Assembly: GCA_950097015.1 (NCBI GenBank)
Contig: CATNEN010000024.1
Coordinates: 6,572,001-6,636,000 of the forward strand
Source: Macrostomum hystrix
Lineage: Eukaryota; Animalia; Platyhelminthes
Length of the DNA: 64,000 nucleotides
Reading direction: 5' to 3'
The first letter of the stretch is position 1, and each line of letters starts with the position of its first letter. The translations under genes and the position numbers were made by a program. Shown in pieces: positions 37,850-49,100 of the stretch. The notes under the pieces are model-generated. The model was not told the origin of the DNA, did not search any database, and worked only from the letters and a program-made list of their open reading frames with translations.

Positions 37850-38822
37850 AGCACACAATGACCCAGAGTGTGTCAGTTGTACATGTGATCCCACTGCACC
37901 CGATGACCCAGAGTGTGTCAGTTGTACATGTGATCCCACTGCACCCGATGACCCAGAGTGTGTCAGTTGTACATGTGATCCCACTGCACCCGATGACCCA
38001 GAGTGTGTCAGTTGTACATGTGATCCCACTGCACCCGATAACCCAGAGTGTGTCAGTTGTACATGTGATCCCACTGCACCCGATGACCCGAGTGTCAGTT
38101 GTACAAGTGATCCCACTGCACACAATGACCCCGTGTGTCAGTTGTACAAGTGATCCCACTGCACACAATGACCCCTGAGATTGTCAGTTGTACATGTGAT
38201 CCCATTGCACACAATGACCCCGAGTGTGTCAGTTGTACATGTGATCCCACTGCACCCGATGACCCAGAGTGTGTCAGTTGTACATGTGATCCCACTGCAC
38301 CCGATGACCCAGAGTGTGTCAGTTGTACATGTGATCCCACTGCACCCGATGACCCGAGTGTCAGTTGTACAAGTGATCCCACTGCACACAATGACCCCGT
38401 GTGTCAGTTGTACAAGTGATCCCACTGCACACAATGACCCCTGAGATTGTCAGTTGTACAAGTGATCCCACTGCACACAATGACCCCGTGTGTCAGTTGT
38501 ACAAGTGATCCCACTGCACACAATGACCCCTGAGATTGTCAGTTGTACATGTGATCCCATTGCACACAATGACCCCGAGTGTGTCAGTTGTACATGTGAT
38601 CCCACTGCACACAATGACCCCTGAGATTGTCAGTTGTACATGTGATCCCACTGCACACAATGACCCCTGAGATTGTCAGTTGTACATGTGATCCCACTGC
38701 ACACAATGACCCCTGAGATTGTCAGTTGTACATGTGATCCCATTGCACACAATGACCCCTGAGATTGTCAGTTGTACATGTGATCCCATTGCACACAATG
38801 ACCCCGAGTGTGTCAGTTGTAC
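37850..38822. repeat. Minisatellite, 43-45 bp ACCCAGAGTGTGTCAGTTGTACATGTGATCCCACTGCACCCGATG, ~22 copies
   Basis: Direct reading; between H1 5' end and TBL1 3' end. Confidence 0.95.
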
Positions 38823-39104
38823 ATATTACATGTTTGTACATGTTTGTACATGTCCTAGACTGCTAGGAACATCGTGAGCCGGCTTTAGTCTACTAGTAAG
38901 CAAAGAAATGAAACAAAAATATTAAGCCTATCGTAAATGCTGCAAATATGCAGTTGTGTTGCACTGTAGTTTACGGAGAATGAAGTGTGACAAAAGCACA
39001 GTACTCGTGAATGCATGATAAATGTGTCCAAATATGATGTATTCCAAGGCAGAAAGAAGAGAAATAAAAAATAAGGGCAATCAGGATTCGGAGAATAGTT
39101 ATCT

Positions 39105-41465
39105 CGGGAATCGTAGGATGAGAATGACGAGAATTGAAGGAGGAGAGTGTCGGTAATCGATGGAGGAGAGTGTCGGGAATCGAGGGAGGAGAGTGTCGGT
39201 AATCGATGGAGGAGAGTGTCGGGAATCGAGGGAGGAGAGTGTCGGGAATCGAGGGAGGAGAGTGTCGGGAATCGAGGGAGGAGAGTGTCGGGAATCGAGG
39301 GAGGAGAGCGTCGGGAATCGAGGGAGTAGAGTGTCAAGAATCGAGGGAGGAGAGTGTCGGGAATCGAGGGAGGAGAGTGTCGGGAATCGAGGGAGGAGAG
39401 TGTCGGGAATCGAGGGAAAAGAGCGTCGGGAATCGAGGGAGTAGAGTGTCGGGAATCGAGGGAGGAGAGTGTCGGGAATCGAGGGAGGAGAGTGTCGGGA
39501 ATCGAGGGAGGAGAGCGTCGGGAATCGAGGGAGTAGAGTGTCGGGAATCGAGGGAGGAGAGTGTCGGGAATCGAGGGAGGAGAGTGTCGGGAATCGAGGG
39601 AGGAGAGTGTCGGGAATCGAGGGAAAAGAGCGTCGGGAATCGAGGGAGTAGAGTGTCGGGAATCGAGGGAGGAGAGTGTCGGGAATCGAGGGAGGAGAGT
39701 GTCGGGAATCGAGGGAGGAGAGTGTCGGGAATCGAGGGAGGAGAGCATCGGGAATCGAGGGAGTAGAGTGTCGGGAATCGAGGGAGGAGAGTGTCGGGAA
39801 TCGAGGGAGGAGAGTGTCGGGAATCGAGGGAGGAGAGTGTCGGGAATCGAGGGAGGAGAGTGTCGGGAATCGAGGGAGGAGAGTGTCGGGAATCGAGGGA
39901 AAAGAGCGTCGGGAATCGAGGGAGTAGAGTGTCGGGAATCGAGGGAGGAGAGTGTCGGGAATCGAGGGAGGAGAGTGTCGGGAATCGAGGGAGGAGAGTG
40001 TCGGGAATCGAGGGAGGAGAGTGTCGGGAATGGAGGGAGGAGTGTCGGGAATCGAGGGAGGAGAGTGTCGGGAATCATAGGACGAGAATGTCGGGGATCG
40101 AGAGAGGAGAGTGTCGGGAATCGAGGGAGTGAGTGCCGGGAATCGATCAAAGAGAGATTTTCGGGAATCGAAGGAGAGATTGACGGGAATCGAAGGAGTG
40201 TCGGGAATCGAAGGAGTGAGTGCCGGGAATCGAAAGAGATTTTCGGGAATCAAAGGAATGTCCGGAATCGAGGGAGGAGTGTCGGGAATCGAGGGAGGAG
40301 AGTGTCGGGAATCGAGGGAGGAGAGTGTCGGGAATCGAGGGAGGAGAGTGTCGGGAATCGAGGGAGTAGTGTCGGGAATCGAGGGAGGAGAGTGTCGGGA
40401 ATCGAGGGAGGAGAGTGTCGGGAATCGAGGGAAAAGAGCGTCGGGAATCGAGGGAGTAGAGTGTCGGGAATCGAGGGAGGAGAGTGTCGGGAATCGAGGG
40501 AGGAGAGTGTCGGGAATCGAGGGAGGAGAGTGTCGGGAATCGAGGGAGGAGAGCGTCGGGAATCGAGGGAGTAGAGTGTCGGGAATCGAGGGAGGAGAGT
40601 GTCGGGAATCGAGGGAGGAGAGTGTCGGGAATCGAGGGAGGAGAGTGTCGGGAATCGAGGGAGGAGAGTGTCGGGAATCGAGGGAGGAGAGTGTCGGGAA
40701 TCGAGGGAGGAGAGCGTCGGGAATCGAGGGAGTAGAGTGTCGGGAATCGAGGGAGGAGAGTGTCGGGAATCGAGGGAGGAGAGTGTCGGGAATCGAGGGA
40801 GGAGAGTGTCGGGAATCGAGGGAGGAGAGTGTCGGGAATCGAGGGAGGAGAGTGTCGGGAATCGAGGGAGGAGAGTGTCGGGAATGGAGGGAGGAGAGTG
40901 TCGGGAATCGAGGGAGGAGAGTGTCGGGAATCATAGGACGAGAATGTCGGGGATCGAGAGAGGAGAGTGTCGGGAATCGAGGGAGTGAGTGCCGGGAATC
41001 GATCAAAGAGAGATTTTCGGGAATCGAAGGAGAGATTGACGGGAATCGAAGGAGTGTCGGGAATCGAAGGAGTGAGTGCCGGGAATCGAAAGAGATTTTC
41101 GGGAATCAAAGGAATGTCCGGAATCGAGGGAGGAGTGTCGGGAATCGAGGGAGGAGAGTGTCGGGAATCGAGGGAGGAGAGTGTCGGGAATCGAGGGAGG
41201 AGAGTGTCGGGAATCGAGGGAGTAGTGTCGGGAATCGAGGGAGGAGAGTGTCGGGAATCGAGGGAGTAGAGTGTCGGGAATCGAGGGAGGAGAGTGTCGG
41301 GAATCGAGGGAGGAGAGTGTCCGGTATCGAGGGAGTGAGTGCCGGGAATCGAAAGAGAGATTTTCGGGAATCGAAGGAGTGAGTGCCGGGAATCGAAGAA
41401 GAGATTGCTGGGAATCGAAGGAGTGTCCGGAATCGAAGGAGTGTCGGGAATCGAAGGAGGGAATG
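39105..41465. repeat. Purine-rich minisatellite, 23 bp GTCGGGAATCGAGGGAGGAGAGT, ~100 copies, with an 856-bp block duplication
   Basis: Direct reading; explains the many overlapping ORFs 38885-41654. Confidence 0.96.
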
Positions 41466-42116
41466 TCGGAGTCGGGGATTGGAATGTTGGGTATCAGAGA
41501 AAAGAATTTAAAAGAAAGGCAATTGGCGATATATATAATTTCTGCTGCAGGCGGCACAATGCGCGGCTTCCAGGTGAGCAGAAGATCTACTTTGCCGCAC
41601 GCATTCAACAATAGTGTATTTACGAATGCAAAGAAGTGCAAAGGTTTGGATTAAAAGACGCTATAAGCTAAGATGGAAAGTGTGTCTGATTCATGACTTA
41701 ACGGAAAGAATCAATTTGGTGCCAGTGCAATGATAAATATAAACGAAATCCATTCATTTATTAGCAAATAAGTAAACTTTCATAGCAGAAAATGTGGACA
41801 TAAAAAAGACATGACACATGAAACACCCCATAATTAAATTGATCCGAGCCTTCATTATCGGTACTTCAATAAAAAAAACATTTCTTAACATGAAAGTTAA
41901 GAAACAAAGCGACAGACAGAAGGAATCATAAATTAGACAGCAGCTAGCTAGTAACCGGCTAGACAGACAGAAAGGACTAGCAGCCAGACTGTTAATAAAA
42001 AAACAGTACAACTGCGAGCAGACGATAGAGTCACGATAAGGTATTTTTAGTTCTTATTTGGCACCGATCTGCTTGACAACCAGCTACTATCGCTCAAACA
42101 CATTCAGTGTGCATGC

Positions 42117-42628
42117 TCAGTCTGGGGATCTGGGTGAGTGGCGGGCGAGTCTGGGGATCTGGGTGAGTCTGGGGATCTGGGTGAGTGGCAGGTGAGTCTG
42201 GGTGAGTGGCAGTTCAGTCTGGGGATCTGGGCGAGTGGCAGGTGAGTCTGAGGATCTGGGTGAGTGGCAGTTCAGTCTGGGGATCCGGGTGAGTGGCAGG
42301 TCAGTCTGGGGATCTGGGTGAGTGACAGTTCAGTCTGGGGACTGGGCGAGTGGCAGGTCAGTCTGGGGATCTGGGGGGAGTGGCAGGTCAGTCTGGTGAT
42401 CTGGGTGAGTGGCAGGTCAGTCTGGGGATCTGGGGAGTGGCAGGTCAGTCTGGGGATCTGGGGGAGTGGCAGGTTAGTCTGGGGATCTGGGTGAGTGGCA
42501 GGTCAGTCTGGGGAGTGGCAGGTCAGTCTGGGGATCTGGGGGGAGTGGCAGGTCAGTCTGGGGATCTGGGGAGTGGCAGGTCAGTCTGGGGATCTGGGGA
42601 GTGGCAGGTCAGTCTGGGGATCTGGGGG
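42117..42628. repeat. Minisatellite, ~28-29 bp GAGTGGCAGGTCAGTCTGGGGATCTGGG, ~18 copies
   Basis: Direct reading; ~520 bp downstream of the TBL1 stop. Confidence 0.93.
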
Positions 42629-43151
42629 AGTTCATCTAGTAAGTGCAATAAACAAAGTAAATATCAGAAGAACATTAGTGACAACGGAAACACAAGCCCA
42701 CTGAGTGGGTGCAATATTAATATACTCGCAGATCAACTTTTTGCAATATTGAAGACGTGAATTTAATTTAAAGCAGTACAGCGCCTAGCTAAGCATAGTC
42801 CTTAAATAAACTGAATATATAAAAAAGATATCTAAAGTGGTATAAGCAGTCACATCGGTTGACAATTAAATAGGTTCGTAAAGATTATTAACAAGTGAGA
42901 ATGTCAGGTAAAATGATTAATTCCCGGAATAGAAGTCCAATGGCAGTAAAATTTTTAATTACAGTTACGAATAATAAACAAGTGTAGATAAGTGCTAAAA
43001 TTGTTTGATTGATTTAACTGGAGCACAGTTTTTGAAAGAAGGCGATTCAATAGTGAAGCAGTGTGGCAGCAAATTCTTTACTGTACAGCAGTCTGATTGA
43101 AGCAGCCGAAGCGGGCCAGCTAATACCACTCACTGTCACATGGGCGACTGC

Positions 43152-46100
43152 TCAGTGCATTTTGCGCAGGTCAAGAATCACCACCTGGCGAAGTTGGAGA
43201 GAATGTCTAAAGTTTGACTTCTGTCATTTCATAAATCATAAATTCAAGATCCCTGACACCTGTTAACTACCTTGGGTCTGGCCCTGACACCTGTTAACTA
43301 CCTTGGGTCTGGCCCTGACACCTGTTAACTACCTTGGGTCTGACCCTCACACCTGTTAACTACCTTAAGTCTGGCCCTCACACCTGTTAACTACCTTGGG
43401 TCTGGCCCTCACACCTGTTAACTACCTTGGGTCTGGCCCTGACACCTGTTAACTACCTTGGGTCTGGCCCTCACACCTGTTAACTACCTTGGGTCTGGCC
43501 CTCACACCTGTTAACTACCTTGGGTCTGGCCCTCACACCTGTTAACTACCTTGGGTCTGGCCCTCACACCTGTTAACTACCTTGGGTCTGGCCCTGACAC
43601 CTGTTAACTACCTTGGGTCTGGCCCTGACACCTGTTAACTACCTTGGGTCTGGCCCTCACACCTGTTAACTACCTTGGGTCTGGCCCTCACACCTGTTAA
43701 CTACCTTGGGTCTGGCCCTGACACCTGTTAACTACCTTGGGTCTGGCCCTGACACCTGTTAACTACCTTGGGTCTGGCCCTGACACCTGTTAACTACCTT
43801 GGGTCTGGCCCTGACACCTGTTAACTGCCTTGGGTCTGGCCCTGACACCTGTACTTGTCACTCTCCTTAACTGAAGAAGAAGACTCACAGTTCCATCAGC
43901 TGCGCTAGCACCGACTCTATCACCGCGATAATTCCAGCAGACTTCAAAGATGCCACCAGTGCCTTGGTATCTGTGCACTAGAGTGCCGGACTGTGGAGGT
44001 TAAAGAAAGTTTAATTTGATAGAACAAATAGCTAATCATCTAAGAAAAAGCGCGTGAAAGTAGCAGCAGAGGCGCTGACCCTGACACTCCAGATGTGGAC
44101 GCATTTATCGAAGCTGCCTGAGGCCAGGTAGCGGCCGCACGGCGAGAAGGCTACACTATACACTGGCTCGCGGTGATTTGAGAACACCTGAAAACAGCGA
44201 CCGGCGTCGATGTCCCACAGTCGAACAGTGGAGTCAAAGCTTGCGCTGGTGAGAGGGTGGCCGAGTAATTTGCATAATTAGTTCATTGTTTATCGCTGGT
44301 CGAATTACTCAACATCTTTTTTATCTGTTTTTCATAAAACCCCGAAAATGACCGTATGTTAAGTAGCTAAAATGACCGGCTCTTGAGTAGCTAAAATGAC
44401 CGGCTCTTGAGTAGCTAAAATGACCGGCTCTTGAGTAGCTAAAATGACCGGCTCTTGAGTAGCTAAAATGACCATCTCTTGAGTAGCTAAAATGACCATC
44501 TCTTGAGTTCAGAATCTGAATCGACCACGTATTCAGCAGCTAAAAAAAGCATCGCAATAGAAAGTAGCTTTAGTTGCTCACCTGGCCAAGTAGAGATTGG
44601 CATTGGGATTGTTAGTACTGTAACCAGTAGGACTCCACTTGATGGTATAGATCTCCTTCTGGTGGGCTTTGAAGTCGTGAACTGGCTGGCTGGACCTGGA
44701 GTCCATGGACCACAGTTTCAAGGTCATGTCGTCTGAACAGGAGGCCAATAGGCGGCCCATCGGATCCCATTTAATAGCGTTGACCTCGTTGGTGTGACCG
44801 TGGAAGGTTTTAATTGGCCTATCTTCGCCAAGGCGACACACCTGGATAGTCTGATCAGTGGAGCAGCTGGCGAAGGTGCTGTCGCTCTGCCAGTCGACGT
44901 CAAGTGCTGGGGCTAACAGCGAACGGGGATGCAGTGCATTACCACTCTCCTATTATCTATAGGCAAAGAACGATTAACCATTTACTGACGTTCTCCCTTA
45001 CCTATTTACCTGAATCTAACCTACCTGTCAACTGAATCCAACCTACCTGTCACCTGAATCTAACCTACCTGTCACCTGAATCCAACCTACCTGTCACCTG
45101 AATCCAACCTACCTGTCAACTGAATCCAACCTACCTGTCACCTGAATCCAACCTACCTGTCACCTGAATCCAACCTACCTGTCACCTGAATCCAACCTAC
45201 CTGTCAACTGAATCCAACCTACCTGTCACCTGAATCCAACCTACCTGTCACCTGAATCCAACCTACCTGTCACCTGAATCCAACCTACCTGTCACCTGAG
45301 TCTAACCTACCTGTCGCCAGAATCCAACCTACCTGTCACCTGAATCCAACCTACCTGTCACCTGAATCTAACCTACCTGTCACCTGAATCTAACCTACCT
45401 GTCACCTGAGTCTAACCTACCTGTCGCCTGAATCTAACCTACCTGTCGCCTGAATCTAAACTACCTGTCACATGAGTCTAACCTACCTGTCACCTGAATC
45501 TAACCTACCTTTGACCCGAATCCAACCTACCTGTCACCTGAATCTAACTTACCTGTCACCTGAATCCAACCTACCTGTCACCTGAATCTAACCTACCTGT
45601 CACCTGAATCTAACCTACCTGTCACCTGAATCTAACCTACCTGTCACCTGAATCTAACCTACCTTTCACCTGAATCCAACCTACCTTTCACCTGAATCCA
45701 ACCTACCTGTCACCTGAATCTAACCTACCTGTCACCTGAATCCAACCTACCTGTCACCTGAATCTAACCTACCTGTCACCTGAATCTAACCTACCTGTCA
45801 CCTGAATCTAACCTACCTTTCACCTGAATCCAACCTACCTGTCACCTGAATCTAACTTACCTGTCACCTGAATCCAACCTACCTGTCACCTGAATCTAAC
45901 CTACCTGTCACCTGAATCTAACCTACCTGTCACCTGAGTCTAACCTACCTTTCACCTGAATCTAACCTGCCTTTCACCTGAATCTAACCTACCTGTCACC
46001 TGAATCTAACCTACCTGTCACCTGAATCTACCCTACCTTGTCACTGAAGCGGTCAACGGTTCTTCTAAATAAAAAAATCCCTTCTCCTAAATCTAGCCAA

Positions 46101-49100
46101 GTATGTAGGCAAAGCATTTTCATACCTGTGTGAAAGGCGAACTGCCGCTGGGCTTGACCAGTCGCGGCGTCCCAAATAATTGTAGTCTAAGAAAGACGCG
46201 ACGCAAAAAAGGCAAATGTTTATTGGCGATTTTAATTTAAGAAAGAAAAGACCACTTTGCTTTAAAATCTTCAAGTATGTTATATAGCTAAATCCTACTA
46301 AACACACAAGGTTTTCGAAGTGGACTTTTTAAGCACAAAAGTCGCCTTACTTTGTCAACTCCGGCGCTAAGAATATAAGTGCCGGCCTTGTTCCATTTGA
46401 GTGCAAATATTGGACCCTTGTGCTGGCCGAGAGTGCGAACAAGTTCACCTGCGTAGTGCCAAAAAGTAGTGCAGTTAGTAACACAAATTTAGGAAGAAAA
46501 ATTACTAATCATATTTTCATACATTAAATATGAACTCGCACCTTCAGGAGACCAAAGCCTGGCGTAGCCGTCGTACGAGCCAGTTGCGAGGCGGCTGCCG
46601 TCACACTGCAATGTTCCAATGCAATAAAAACTTTGAGACGATTCTTAGGGACAGGCTGTCCAACAGGTTCCCCATCCAATCAATGGTGTCCAACAGGTTT
46701 TCCATCCAATCCTTGGTGACTAACAGGTTTCCCATCCAATCCTTGGTGACTAACAGGTTTCCCATCCAATCCTTGGTGACTAACAGGTTTCCCATCCAGT
46801 CAATGGTGTCTAACAGGTTTCCCATCCAATCCTTGGTGACTAACAGGTTTCCCATCCAATCCTTGGTGACTAACAGGTTTCCCATCCAATCCTTGGTGAC
46901 TAACAGGTTTCCCATCCAATCCTTGGTGACTAACAGGTTTCCCATCCAGTCAATGGTGTCTAACAGGTTTCCCATCCAATCCTTGGTGACTAACAGGTTT
47001 CCCATCCAATCCTTGGTGACTAACAGGTTTCCCATCCAGTCAATGGTGACTAACAGGTTTTCCATCCAATCCTTGGTGACTAACAGGTTTCCCATCCAAT
47101 CAATGGTGTCCAACAGGTTTTCCATCCAATCCTTGGTGACTAACAGGTTTACCATCCAGTCAATGGTGTCTAACAGGTTTCCCATCCAATCCTTGGTGAC
47201 TAACAGGTTTCCCATCCAATCCTTGGTGACTAACAGGTTTCCCATCCAATCCTTGGTGACTAACAGGTTTCCCATCCAATCCTTGGTGACTAACAGGTTT
47301 CCCATCCAATCCTTGGTGACTAACAGGCTTCCCATCCAATCCTTGGTGACTAACAGGTTTCCCATCCAGTCAATGGTGTCTAACAGGTTTCCCATCCAAT
47401 CCTTGGTGACTAACAGGTTTCCCATCCAATCCTTGGTGACTAACAGGTTTCCCATCCAATCCTTGGTGACTAACAGGTTTCCCATCCAATCCTTGGTGAC
47501 TAACAGGTTTCCCATCCAGTCAATGGTGACTAACAGGTTCCCATCCAATCCTTGGTGACTAACAGGTTTCCCATCCAGTCAATGGTGTCTAACAGGTTTC
47601 CCATCCAATCCTTGGTGACTAACAGGTTTCCCATCCAATCCTTGGTGACTAACAGGTTTCCCATCCAATCCTTGGTGACTAACAGGTTTCCCATCTAATC
47701 CTTGGTGACTAACAGGTTTCCCATCCAGTCAATGGTGTCTAACAGGTTTCCCATCCAATCCTTGGTGACTAACAGGTTTCCCATCCAGTCAATGGTGTCT
47801 AACAGGTTTCCCATCCAATCCTTGGTGTCTAACAGGTTTCCCATCCAATCCTTGGTGACTAACAGGTTTCCCATCCAATCCTTGGTGACTAACAGGTTTC
47901 CCATCCAATCAATGGTGTCCAACAGGTTCCCCATCCAATCAATGGTGTCTAACAGGTTTCCCATCCAGTCAATGGTGTCTAACAGGTTTCCCATCCAATC
48001 CTTGGTGACTAACAGGTTTCCCATCCAGTCAATGGTGTCTAACAGGTTTCCCATCCAATCCTTGGTGTCTAACAGGTTTCCCATCCAATCCTTGGTGACT
48101 AACAGGTTTCCCATCCAGTCAATGGTGTCTAACAGGTTTCCCATCCAATCCTTGGTGACTAACAGGTTTCCCATCTAATCCTTGGTGACTAACAGGTTTC
48201 CCATCCAATCCTTGGTGACTAACAGGTTTCCCATCCAGTCAATGGTGTCTAACAGGTTTCCCATCCAATCCTTGGTGACTAACAGGTTTTCCATCCAATC
48301 CTTGGTGACTAACAGGTTTCCCATCCAGTCAATGGTGACTAACAGGTTTTCCATCCAATCCTTGGTGACTAACAGGTTTCCCATCCAATCAATGGTGTCC
48401 AACAGGTTTTCCATCCAATCCTTGGTGACTAACAGGTTTACCATCCAGTCAATGGTGTCTAACAGGTTTCCCATCTAATCCTTGGTGACTAACAGGTTTC
48501 CCATCCAATCCTTGGTGACTAACAGGTTTCCCATCCAATCCTTGGTGACTAACAGGTTTCCCATCCAATCCTTGGTGACTAACAGGTTTCCCATCCAATC
48601 CTTGGTGACTAACAGGTTTCCCATCCAATCCTTGGTGACTAACAGGTTTCCCATCCAGTCAATGGTGTCTAACAGGTTTCCCATCCAATCCTTGGTGACT
48701 AACAGGTTTCCCATCCAATCCTTGGTGACTAACAGGTTTCCCATCCAATCCTTGGTGACTAACAGGTTTCCCATCCAATCCTTGGTGACTAACAGGTTTC
48801 CCATCCAATCCTTGGTGACTAACAGGTTTCCCATCCAATCCTTGGTGACTAACAGGCTTCCCATCCAATCCTTGGTGACTAACAGGTTTCCCATCCAGTC
48901 AATGGTGTCTAACAGGTTTCCCATCCAATCCTTGGTGACTAACAGGTTTCCCATCCAATCCTTGGTGACTAACAGGTTTCCCATCCAATCCTTGGTGACT
49001 AACAGGTTTCCCATCCAGTCAATGGTGTCTAACAGGTTTCCCATCCAATCCTTGGTGACTAACAGGTTTCCCATCCAGTCAATGGTGTCTAACAGGTTTC

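Noticed and set aside
43790-43888. Read-through VSLLLQLRR... as the true TBL1 C-terminus
   Set aside because: A strong GTGAGT donor at 43888 and a downstream exon encoding the conserved VVILDLRK (43184-43152) explain the gene better
30748-46038. CAGGTAG arrays as Zelda/TAGteam enhancers
   Set aside because: The motif is present, but Zelda is known from insects and close relatives and nothing here indicates that taxon; kept only within the general CAGGT observation
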